The notes under the pieces were generated by a model that ran no database searches, had not been told where the DNA came from, and was given only the letters and a program-made list of their open reading frames with translations. From the NCBI GenBank assembly GCA_965112735.1, contig OZ218958.1, positions 806,001-870,000 on the forward strand: a stretch of 64,000 nucleotides of DNA, in the 5' to 3' direction. The stretch is from Phaeosaccion multiseriatum. Its lineage: Eukaryota > Protista > Ochrophyta, other classes. Within the stretch, counting starts at the first letter, position 1, and each line of letters opens with the position of its first letter. A program made the position numbers and the translations under genes. Positions 1 to 11,800 of the stretch are shown here, piece after piece.

Positions 1-1294
1 GGCGGCGCGAGGCTGTATGGGGGCATGCACGGCTCCACGGTACGTACCCTATACCCTCATGCGTTACCGCCTTGGCTCTGTGTGGAACCACTGTAACCAC
101 TGTCCCTTCCACCCTCTTCTCCCTGCTCTCAAACCAATTTGTGTACGTCCTGCTCCTCACTGAGTTATGTACCCCCGCATCCTCCCTCCTCCCTCTCGTC
201 CCTCTCCTCCTCCCTCTCCTCCTCCTCCTCCTCCTCCTGCTCCTCCTCCCCCTCCTCCTCCTCCTCCTCCTCCTGCTGCTGCTGCTGCTGCTGCTGGTGG
301 TGGTGGTATATATATATACCCCCTTAGGTGGATCCATTCAGAGACTTTGGTGACGAAGCGCGTCAGTTTAATCGGTGGACGCAAGGGTCTGAAGACAGCA
401 GCAGCTGTGGCGGCGGTGGCAGCAGCAAGGGCGGCACAGGGGCAGACTCCGACAAAGCAGCGAAGCTCTCTGTCATGTTCGCACCACCCACGGGCCTCAT
501 CTTCTCAGGGCTCTTTGCCCAGGCCAGAGAGAGGGGCAAGCAGGAGAAGAAGTGGCTCCTTGTGAACATACAGGTCAGGGAGTCAGTCACGGAGTCGGGG
601 TGTAGGGTGAAAGGTGTTTTGTACTTCGGAGTATGAGTTTCGGGGGGGTCCTCGTGCCATTGTGGCAGCGGGAAGAGAGACAGAGACAAGGCAGCGGTCA
701 CCCGCTCCTCCAAGAAAGTGAAACTGAAACTGACCAGCCATGGCATTCTCTTGTCCGTGCTTGCATAAGCTGATGTCTGTATCGTACTCCACTGCCTCGC
801 TCATCAGGGCCAGTCCGAATTCGACAGTCACAAACTCAACAGAGACACGTGGAAGGACGAGACGGTCGAGGCAGTGGTGCGGGCAACCTGTTTGTTCTGG
901 CAGCAAGACAGTACCAGTACTGAGGCACAGGTGAGAGGGAGGGGGGTGTAGAGGCTTAAAGGGTTGGTGATTCGACGCCATTTGTGATCCACCCGTCCAT
1001 CACCCCACACGGGCGATGACTCTTTTTAGAGAATTCAGAATGGAATGTCCGGTGGACGCAAATGACTACTCTTGAGGGACAGAAAGAAAGAGGCAGTGAG
1101 AGACAGAGGGAGAGAGAGGCAGAGAGAGAGGCACAGGGAGAGAGAGGGAGAGAGAGCGGGCAAGGGGGCGGAAGGGCGTGACATTGGGGGCCAACCACCA
1201 CCCACAGTGGCCTTCACAGCAGGGGCCCGCAACAGCCGTGAGCGAGCCTGCGAGGAAATTCCTCCCCATGCTGCTAAGGGCTTCTCTCTCTCCC

Positions 1295-1337
<43 letters not shown>

Positions 1338-3189
1338 TTCATGTCTATATCTCACTCTCTATCGCTCACACCCACCCACACATGGTTCGCGCTCCACCCC
1401 ACCCCCCCCTCCGCCCCTCCACTGCCATCCTCCAGCTCTACTGCCAGCGCTACAACGTGACGGAGTTTCCTCACATTGCCCTGGTGGACCCGCGAACGGG
1501 GAGAATGATGTGGTACAACAAGCCAGCCGAGGGCAAGACGGGCTTTATGAGTGCAGAGGAGATGGTTGAGAAGGTAAGGGGGGTGGAGAGAGGCAGTGGA
1601 GAGAGAGGCAAGCAAAGCAATGAAGGGGGGTGGAGAGACGCAAGCAAGGCAAACAAAACAAAACAGGCAAAGGCCCGGGTGAGGGTGCTAAGCAGGCAAG
1701 CAAAGGGGGATGGGGTTTCCGACATTCCTGTCCTCACTTTTCGAAGGGTTGTAAACATACTTTTTGTGGATCCTGGTCTTGCGTCACTTTTCGAAGGGTA
1801 GGTGAGTATGTAGACATACTTTTTGCGGGTCCCGGTCTCTTGTAGGTAGTCTCAGGTGAGTTGGAGAAGGGGGGAGGGGGGGGGCGTTGTCACTTCCCGT
1901 CTTGCTTGGAGTGTTACTTGTTATTCATGTACACTCAGGCATGTGCTTCCCCCCCCCCCTACTTCCCTTCCCTTGACCTCTCTGTGTCTCTCTATGCTTT
2001 GTTATTGTTCATGCTAAAGCTGACGGACATTACCAGCTCAAATAGCCTGGAAGATGGAGCAGACAACATGAAGAATAGCAAGAACAGGAAGGGGAGCTTC
2101 AATGGGCACCCCCCCCCGCCACCGCTGCCCCCCCCAAGACCTTTACACGAGCGGTCGGAGGAAGATCAGTTGGCGGCCGCGGTGGCAGCATCAATGGAGG
2201 AGGCAGAAAGGCAGGACAGCAAGAAGAGGAAAGCAGACGGAAGAGGAGGAGGAGGAGGAGCAGCAGCAGCAGCAGCAGCAGCATCAGGAGGGGGAGGGGG
2301 AGGAGGAGGAGGAGGAGGAGGAAGAGCCAACGGAGAAGAGGGAGGAGGGACGGAAGCCATCGACTTGAGTGAAGCGGGCAGTCGATCGTCTTCTGGTGCA
2401 AACGGGTGTAAGGGAGCAAGTCAAGCGGGGAAGAAGAAGCAGCAGTCAGAGGACAACAGCGACAACAGCGATATAGAAGTGGTGTCCCCACCGACGAAAC
2501 GGGGGAGAAGCAACGAAGGGAGAGAAGGAGACGGAGACGGAGAAGGCGCAGGAGGAGGGTCCGGAGGCGGGGAAGAAAAGCTCAACGGGAAGAAGAGCAC
2601 CAGCGAAGAGAGAAGAGGGACACGAACGGACTGGACTGCGGTAGAGCTGAGTGAGGAGCCTACGGCCGGGGCGGAGGATGTGACAAAGCTGCAGATTAGG
2701 ACTTTGAAGGGGAAGAAGCTTGTGCGGCGCTTCAGGCTTGGGGACAAGGTTTCCGCTGTCTTTGCGTACGCACACAGGTATGTGGGTGTGTGTGGGTGCG
2801 TGGGTGGGTGGATGGGTGGGTGTGTGTGGGTGTGTGTGGGTGTGTGTGGGTGTGTGTGGGTATGTGTGGGTGTTGCCAGAGAAGTCCACCACGCGTCTCT
2901 CTCTTATCCTCGCCTCTGATTGCTTCCCTGTCCATGCTGTCCATGAATTCACACCGTTCTCCCCTCTCTTATCTCTCTCTCTCTCTCTCTCCGTGTGTGT
3001 ACCTCTCACTCCCTTTCTCCCCTCCTCAGGGAGCTTACGGACGATGCGAAGGACACGGAGTTCGAACTGATGAAGGGCTACCCCGCAGAGACCCTGAGTG
3101 ACAAACTCGACACCACCATCGGAGACGCAGGCCTCAGGAACGCATCAGTCAGCATGAAGCAAGTCGAAGACGAAGCTGACCAAGACTGA
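1..3189 (+). CDS. UBXN7: UBX domain-containing p97/Cdc48 adaptor, UBXN7/Ubx5-like (UAS + UIM + UBX); 5' end lies outside the window
   Basis: Phase-consistent exons <1-39, 328-573, 808-930, 1436-1573, 2020-2777, 3030-3189. UAS domain: LSVMFAPP..KKWLLVNIQ/GQSEFDSHKLNRDTWKDETV..LFWQ/..FPHIALVDPRTG. UIM: SEEDQLAAAVAASMEE. UBX: TKLQIRTLKGKKLVRRF..FELMKGYP. Confidence 0.85.
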
Positions 3190-3421
3190 GCGGAATGGGA
3201 TGGGATGGTTTGTTGAGCTAGGAGTCCCTTCGGACAGAGCAATTGGCGGCTGAAGGGGGCTTCGCAATGACTTTTTACCGAAGAAGTGAGCAGCGAAGGG
3301 CCCAACCGACGACCGAAAAGCTGGGAAGGAAGGACGGAGGTGTGTGGAGCTGTGGAATGTGATTTACGGAGAGCGGACATGTGTGGGGAGACGGGGAGAA
3401 GGAACGGGATGTCGGGCGGCG

Positions 3422-3455
<34 letters not shown>

Positions 3456-3629
3456 ACACACGCACACACACATGCAAGCACACACTCACAAACACACACA
3501 CGCATTCGCATACATACACACACACATACCGCCCAGGTCGTTTAGTTTCAGTTCCAGTGTAGAGACTTACTCAATGCTGCGACCCCCACGCTCACATACA
3601 CACACGCACCCACGTACTCTTCTCTACAG

Positions 3630-4292
3630 GACGCCACCAAGCAGGAGCTGTCTGCCCATCCCATTGTGCACAACCTCATCGAAGGAGAGGTCAGGCAGGC
3701 ATACGGGCAGTGAGGGGCAGGGAGGGAGATCGCGGTGCAGAGGGGAAGTCTTGTGTGTATTTCTCACCCCCCCCCCCCCCCGCCTTCCCCATCCTTTCCG
3801 CTCTCGCCTCTGTCCTGAACCCGCCTAGCCCTCTGTCCTGACTCTCCCCACACCTCTGTCCTGACACTCCCCACCCGGCCTCTCTCAGGTTCAGCTTCGG
3901 CTCGAGAAGGTCAAGCGTTACGAGCAGCCCAAGAGCTGGACCCTGCTGGAGGAGGGGTTCACGGCGGTATGTGTACTACTTTGCGTTCCCCCACAAGCAA
4001 CACGCACACACACACACGCACCGCACCCACACGCGTGCACACGCCCACCCACACGCATACCCACTTTGTGCCCCCTGTCCGATCCATCAATCAATGAAAT
4101 CTCTTTCTCCACTCCCTCTCTCCACTTACTCACTCCCTCCACTGACTCCTTCCCTCTCTCCCTCCCTCCCTCCCTCCCTCTGCTTGCCCACCCGTACGCC
4201 TATTTCAGGAGCGTGGTATGATGACGCCGAAGATGTCAGTGAAGCGCCACGTGGTCATCAGGGAGCATATGAGCGACCTCCTTCACACGTTG
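3630..4292 (+). pseudogene. Orphan C-terminal exons of a long-chain acyl-CoA synthetase (AMP-binding family)
   Basis: Exons 3630-3689, 3889-3966 and 4209-~4292 have canonical splice sites and translate to DATKQELSAHPIVHNLIEGE/VQLRLEKVKRYEQPKSWTLLEEGFTA/ERGMMTPKMSVKRHVVIREH. This matches the LACS C-terminal motif (YEQP..W.LL.E.F....G..TP...KR). No upstream catalytic exons are present. Confidence 0.7.
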
Positions 4293-5121
4293 GCTGCGTG
4301 CGTGCGTGTGCGTGTGTTCGTGCGCGTGTGTGTATGTGTTCATGTGCATGCGTGTGTATGTGCGTGTGGCTGGGTGTGTGGCTGGGTGTGTGCGAGAGTG
4401 GCTGTATGAGTTTGTGTGTTATGTACATATGTGTATATGCGTGTGCGTGTATTTTGATGTGCTACGTACGCACACATGCGTGTGACTGTACGTGTGTGCG
4501 TATGTTGTGTCAACAGCCGCTGCCAGCCAAGAAAGCGCCTCTCGATGTGTGTGTCTCCCCCGCTCTCTCGCGGCTGCGATTTGTGTAGTGGGGGAGAGGG
4601 GACTCATCCATCATGAGAGCTTTCATTCTCCTGCCATGTATGTGTATGCATGTATGCATGTAGGAGAGGGAGGGGAAAACAAGAGCATTGGGGGGGGGTG
4701 AAGAGGGAAGGAGGGCGGTGCTGGCACGCACCTTCCCCACAACAGTCAAGAGCTGAGGCGACCTGCCATTGAAGGGCAAGGTAATGGTCGCAGTTTGGCA
4801 ACAGGCATCGCTATCATATCACATATCAGTCACGGCAGGAGGGGGGGTAATGATGACATACTCTTACTCACAGCAGTCTCTCTTCTCTATGTTATTATCT
4901 TAAAAGTTAACACTCGATTTGCGCTAAGAATCGCCCAAATCGCGTGTTTTTTGGGAATCGGGCGGCAAGGGGGAGTGCTCCTGCGGAAAGGCTGAAGACT
5001 AGGGAAGGAAGGAAGGAAGGAAGGAAGGAAGGGGCGAAAGATGAGAGACTAATCTATAGCCTTCTTCATTCCTGACATCCCTCGAACGCCCCCCTCTGTC
5101 TACCAGTGTATGACCAACCCG

Positions 5122-8100
5122 CTACCCTCGGAAGCTCGAGAAGCTGGCGCCGCTAAAGCCACTCGGGGCGCCCCCCCCAAATGGCGTCTGCTGCTGCTGC
5201 TGCTGCTGCGGTTGGGCAGCCAGAGCACCAAAGCCTGACCCTCCTCCCACCCCTCCTCCCGCCGCTCCTCCGGACGCGAAGGCACCAAACCCACCTCCCC
5301 CCCCTCCTTGCTGCTGCTGCTGCTGCTGGCCCATCCCAAATCCTCCCCCTCCGTTACTGCCAAATGCGCCTCCACCGCCTCCTCCTCCAAGCGCGGAGCT
5401 CGCCCCAAACGCTGGAGCGGCTGTGCCTCCTCCTGCTGCTCCTCCTCCCCCCCCTAGACCCGCGCCTGTCCCCCAGCCGCCAGCACCAGTAGGCCCGATG
5501 GACGTCGTGCGACCGAAGGCAGGAGTGGCCATCCCTCCCCCTCCCACGCCACCTGCTCCCAAACCTCCTCCTCCCTGCTGCTGGAGCTGCTTTTGAACAT
5601 GCGGGGCAAAGGCTGGGGGTGGCTCGGCTCGGTACTTTTGGCACATTTTCAGCACCATATCCACTTCTCTGCCTCTATATTTGGCAATGTTTTGATCCAC
5701 CATGCCCACCTTGTCGGGCTGGTGCGTTTGATACAGCTGCTGCATCCACTGCCGGAGCTGAGCCTGCTCATTCATCCCCATCACCAGTCCACCCCCACCC
5801 CCGCCCCCACCCCCAAATGGCGACTGGGTGGTGGAGGTATTCATACCACCACCACCACCACCACCACCCATTGATGAGAAGGGCGATGGAGTTGCTGCTG
5901 TTGACGCCGCTGCTCCTCCAAAGGGCGAGGACTGCTGCTGCTGCTGTGGCTGTCCAAATCCCTTTGCTCCTCCTGCCGCCGCCGGCACGCCACCACTTGC
6001 AAACAAGCCCCCCGCCCCGCTGGTGGACGATGGTGTACCAAAGGGAGAGGGTGACGCCCCCCCCATCCCGCCCAGCCCTGTCGCTGCTGTCTTGGAAGGC
6101 GTTCCAAAGATGGAAGAGGATGTGGCGGAAGATGGCATGCCTCCCCCGGCCACCGCTCCTGCTCCTCCTCCTCCTCCTCCTCCTGCTGCTGCTCCTGCCC
6201 CGAACAAACCCCCTCCTGTCGTTGGTTTGGACGTTGCCCCAAAGAGTGAAGAGGCACCCGACCCCGGCGTCACCGCTGGCGCAAATGGCGAAGAAGCCGA
6301 TGCTGCTCCTGCTGCTGCTGTATCACCAACGCCTGATGCTGCTGACGCCCCGAAGCCCACCCCTAACCCACTGCCCCCCCCACTCCGCATCAGCCCCAGA
6401 CCTACCCCCCCGGCACTTGCCCCCGGTGAAGACGCTCCAACCCCCGCCCCCGGTGTGGACGTTGGTGGGGGCAACGACCCCGGCGGTACATTGTACTTCT
6501 TAATGAGCTTCTCGAGCATGGCGGGAAGGTTTCCGGCGTACTTTTGGAGCAGGGCAGGAAGCTCGCTAAGCTTGGCGGGGTTGTATTGGCGGTAAATGCC
6601 CTCAATTTGCGCTTTCATGTCAGCCTCCGAGGGCTGTGTGTGTATGCCGCACGAGAGAGGAGGAGGAGGAGGAGGAGGAGGAGGAAGAGGAGCAGAGAGA
6701 GAGAAGGGGGGGCATGAGGAGCAGCAAGAGCAGGAGGAGAACGAGGAGGAGGAGGATGGGGGTGTATCGAATCGAGTGAGCACAAGAGAGTAACGGAAAG
6801 TGCGGTACATGGCTGCACAAAGGCTCTGTAAGTATGGGAGGAGAACGAGGAGGAGGAGGAGTGGGGGGCGTGTGTGTGCGTGCGTGCAAGGAGAGGAGAG
6901 GGTGTGGCTACCAGACCGCGGCTATCAGACCACGTTCGGACGACCCCCGGCAGCGAGCAAGAACAACACAGCACGAGACCAAGTCATGAATTGCCCCAGG
7001 CCAACATCGCCGCTGCTTACCTGAAGAGGTGCGCCCAGCGTAGAAGACGACGCGGCAGCTGAGCCGAAGAGCGAGCGGACGCCTCCTCCTCCTCCTCCTC
7101 CTCCTCCTCCTCCTCCTCCTCCCCCGCCGAAGGGGCTGGGAGTGGTGGTAGCGGCGGTCGGAGCAGCTCCACCTCCGAACGGACTAGGAGTCACAGCAGC
7201 ACCGGTACCTGAGCTCCCTGAGGGCCAGCTAAAGCCATCCTTCGCAGCCGGAGTCGCGGAAGCTCCTGCTGTCACGGCGGGTGCCGTTTGTGTTTTTGTA
7301 TCACCAACTGCTGTAGCGGCGGAGGCCAGGCTCCCCAACCCTCCGAAGAGCCCGCTCTGGGAAGAGCCAGAGGGAGCAGACGAAGCGGCGCTCGAAAACG
7401 GTGATGGTGCTGCTTTCGAGTCTTTGGAGGAAGGGAAGGAGAAACCCGACGCCGGCGCTGCTGCTGCTGCTGTTGTTGTTGCTGTTGTTGTTGTTGTTGT
7501 TGTTGTTTTTGTTGTTGTTGCTGTATCACCAGCTGTTGCTCCTGGTGCTGTTGCTGCTGCTGCTGCTGCCGGAGTGGAAGCCGAGGAAAGCGAAGAAAAG
7601 GGAGACGCGGCCGCGGCCGTGGCGGCAGCAGGTGCAGCCCCGAACGGTGCTGACGGAGGCTTGGAAGACATGGGGGGGTACCCTGAATCACCAACTGCTG
7701 CTGCTGGGGCTGCTCCTTCTGCTACTGGTGGTTTGCCTGACTCATCGCCCACGGCCTTCGTCGCCGGGCCTCCAAACACTGAAGGAGCCTTTGTTGACAT
7801 GGATGGATAAGCCGCCGCCCCCCCCGCTCGAGCAGCACTGGCGGGCGGAGTCGAGGGGGTCGCAGAGGAAGAAAGTCCACCCCCATCCCCTCCTCCCTCC
7901 TTCTTGGTCTCACTGCTGCCAAATGCCAAGGAGGACAACGAGGAGTCGAGGTCCAGGCCACTGAAACCGCGTGGTCGGCTCTGGTGCCTCTTGTCACCTC
8001 CTTCTCCCCCTCGCCCGCCATCCCCTGCCCCCGGCCCCTTCTCCTGCTCCTCATCACTCCCTCCCTCCTCCAACACCTGCTCCGCACCCACGTCAGCAGC

Positions 8101-8825
8101 TCCCTCAACGCCTCCTCGCTCGCCTTCTTCGTCACCCTCTCCTCCCGACGGCATGGCTCGAATGTGGAAGCTCTTCCTTCTCATCGCCTGCCCACCCATC
8201 CCAAGGGTCGGAGCCGGTCCACCAGGGCTCTGTGCTCCTTCTTCTTCTTCTTCTTCTTCTTCCCCTCCTGGCCCGTCACCCGACTCCGCCCCGAAGCCGA
8301 TACCTCCGCCAAGAGGAGAAGAAGAACCCGGGGGAGGGACTAGCCCCTCGGCACCTTCAGGGGAGGAGGAGGAGGAGGAGGAAGAGGAGGAGGAAGATGG
8401 AGTAGTGGTTTGTGCGCTACCGAACGTGCCTGCCGAAGAGGATGGCAGGCTTCCTCCGCCGAAGCTGAATCCACCCCTGCTGCTGCTGCTGCTGCTGCCC
8501 CCCGTGGTACCACCCCCCCCCCCCCCTCCGGTGACGGAAGGAGCAAAAGAGACCGAGCCGGAGCGAGAAGATCCGGTGGCGGCCACCTCCTTCCTCCCTA
8601 GAACGGGGGCTGCAGATGCGCCTCCTCTTTCCGATGATGATGATGATGATGACAATGCCCCCCCTGCGTCTTGTAAAGCCGCCCCCGTCGACTGAGAAGA
8701 GGACGGGAAGGCAAACGCCCCTCCTCCTCGCCCTACGGGCTTGCTCGAGTCAGGAGCAGCAGAAGCAGCAGGGGGGAATTGGGTAGTCGTAGGCCCGACC
8801 GCGTCAGGCCTCTTGCGGTACCCAA

Positions 8826-8862
<37 letters not shown>

Positions 8863-11800
8863 ATGCAATGAGTCGCCCCCCCCCCCTCCGGAGCTGGACA
8901 TGCGCTCTTGCTTGACAAGGCGGGACGGCACGTCTTTAAGAGAGGCAGGCATGGAGTCATTCACAGATGGCATATTCAGACTCGAGAAGGAGGGGCCGCT
9001 CCAGCGCCGCACACGCACGCTCGCCTCCTGCATGAGCTGCTCCTTCATCACCTTCGCTCGGAAAAGGGTTTCGGTAAGGTAGATAGGGTGGGTGGATGGG
9101 TGGGTGGGTGCAAGAGGAGGGGAGGGGGAGGATGGAAGGGGAAGGGTAAGGAGAATAAAGTGAGAAGGAAGGCAAGACAGGAGGAGGTGAGAGGTCCATA
9201 TCAAAAGTGAGAGTGAGAGAGAGATTAATGAGTTTATAATGTACTACGTGGTCCTACGTAAGATGATACGGGGGGGGGGTCGGTATCGATGTTGACATCG
9301 ATGAAGAGGGGAGGGAGGCGTGGGGCTGAACGACTGAATGACTGCCTCAACAAGTTTCAAATCACAATCACCATGCAACCCAGCCTTCTCCGTCTCTCTG
9401 CTAGCGACAGAGAGAGGGGGGGGAGAGGGAGGGAGAGAGAGAGAGAGAGAACGAGAGAGGGATAGGGGAGAAAGACAACGAGACGAAACAAAGAGAGAGA
9501 GCGAGGGAGAGAGAGAGAGAGAGAGCTGTGAGGGCCGCGCCTGTTCCTGGGTCTCGTACCTGCGACAAAGCGATCTTCTGCATCCTGCTCACCGCCCGCC
9601 TCCGGCCCCTCCTTCGTGCTGCTGCCCCTCCCTCCACCCCTCCGCCCAGCTGCCCAGCCTTCGCCCCCGCACGTGGTCCTTCGCCTGCGTCTCCCTCGGG
9701 TCGCCGCCGCTGCTGCTGTATCACCAACTGCTGCTGCCGCTGCGCCTTGCTGTCGTTGAGCAACTCGACTTCGCTAGCGAGGTTGGCGACGACGTTGGAT
9801 TGTTGCTTCGCCTGCTCATACTTCTCCATCAGGATGTGCAACAGCACGGTCGAAGGGGCCGGCTGATTGATTGCGGAGAGAGGGTCAGGGTCATGAGTGA
9901 GGGTCACGTGCAGGGAGCAGGGTGAGGGGGTGAGGGGGTGCGGGGGTGAGGGGGTGAGGGTCAAGGTCAAGCTCCGAGTCAGAGTCAGGGTCAGGGAGCG
10001 GTGCGAGGACACCACAGGATGGCAGGGACAGCAGCCGATGGCAGCCGATGGCAGCCGAGAGGAAGAGAGAACCAGCTAGAAAGAAGAGAGACATATAGAC
10101 ATACCTGCTGGTCCTGCTGCAGCCGCTGCTGGTGCGAACGTGTCGAAGATGAGCTGGGCGTCCCCCCTTCTCTCCCCCCACCCCATTCTCGCGTGGCACT
10201 CTTTGTCGGAGTTCCAAAGGCCCGCGCGCCGCCCACCCCGGGGGAAGTGCTGCTTCTCCCGGGGGTGCTTCTTCCCACTGCCGCCATGCCCATATGACTG
10301 AACCTCCGTCCGCCGCTGCTTTCCTGCTGCCCGGGGGTGCCGGCGATGCTGCCGCTGGTGCTGCTGCTGCTGCTACTCCTCCTGAGGGGTGAGACCGGAC
10401 GGGTAGGCAGAGCGACGGTCACGGAGTATGAGGGAGGGAGAGTGGAGGGAGAGTATGGCATGTTTAGTACCCAAGGGGGGAAGGGTCCCGCGTTTGCTAT
10501 AGTATGAAGGGGGGGGGGGGGGGGGTACAAAAGAAGGGTTTAACTGATGGACCCAGAGAAAAGAGCGCCGCCCCGCCCCCCGGAACCCTCTCTCTCTCTC
10601 TCTCTCTCTCTCTCACCTTACAGGCGACCACGCCGGGGAGGAAGAGTAGGCAGAGCGCCATCCCCGCGCAGAAACCCTCGCCGCCGTAGAAGAGGAGGCT
10701 GTGACCCGAGGGGGTGTGCCCCGCAGATGACTAGGGCTGGTATATAATGGACTATTGCCGCTGCCGCTGCCTCCTCCTCCTCCTCCCCTCCCTCCTCCTC
10801 CTCCTCCTCCACCCCCCAGCATCTCACTCTCCAAGCGCTGGCGTAACTTGAGCGAGACCCTCACGTCCTCAATGTGGTCATTCACCGTCGCCAACAGGTT
10901 CTGAATCTCCTGCCGCTGAAGGGCGTTGGCGCTATCCAGCTGCTGAGACCGAAGTAGGCGACGGTAGCTCCCCTTCTCGCTCTGACTCTCCTGTAGGATA
11001 CTCGCTGCCTCTCCAACCTGCCAGCGGAAGTCCTTCCAGTTGCCGTCGATGGTGGCTACGCGTCGCTCAAGCTCGTCTTGTTCGCTGCTGGCGTCTCTGA
11101 GGCTGCTGTGCAAGCGACTCGTCTCGTCCAGCACCTAAGTCAATGAAAGACGCCATCAAGCCACGGCCCCAATTCTCAGTTCGAGTCCAACGCCTTCTTC
11201 CCTATACATACTTCACTCCTCCCCCCCTTTGCTCTCTCTCGCTCTCAATCTCTTATCTCTCTCCCCTCCCTCTCTCTTTCGCCTCTCCTTCCTCCCCCCT
11301 CTCTCTCACCTCATCCACGGCGACATCGAAGGCGTGCACCCAGGTCTCGTTGCTTGTGTGGAGGCTGTCTTTCCACCGTGCGACCTCTTGCAGGCGCTTT
11401 TCGAACGTCACAATCAATTCCCACATGTGGCCTTCGCACTGAGTGGAGGGCTTGGCCACTGGAGGAGAAGGAGGAGAAGGAGGAAGAGGAGGAGGAGGAG
11501 ATAAGGAAGGGGGATGTTGCTACGAAGTCATCAAGAGCAATACGTGATGCCAACACCCCTAAATGCACCCCTACCCCACGAAAGCCAAAGAGTGCGGTCC
11601 ACTCACTTGTGGTTTGTAACGGCAAGCGTTGCTGCGACGAAGCCCCCCGTCCGCGCCCCTTGCTCCCCGTCCCAACCTGCTCCGCCGGAAGAGTCGAGAA
11701 GGAGAGCTTAGCAGGCGGCGACGGTTGCTCCTGTTCCTGCTCCTGCTCCTGCTCCAGTGGCGGTTGGTGCTTCGGCGCCGCTGACCCTGACCCTGACCCT

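Noticed and set aside
1730-1845. Imperfect ~60-bp direct repeat in a UBX intron
   Set aside because: An ordinary local duplication with no coding or element hallmarks.
11170-11200. GTTCGAGTCC tRNA T-loop-like sequence
   Set aside because: No cloverleaf pairing around it. No tRNA or rRNA genes were seen in the window.
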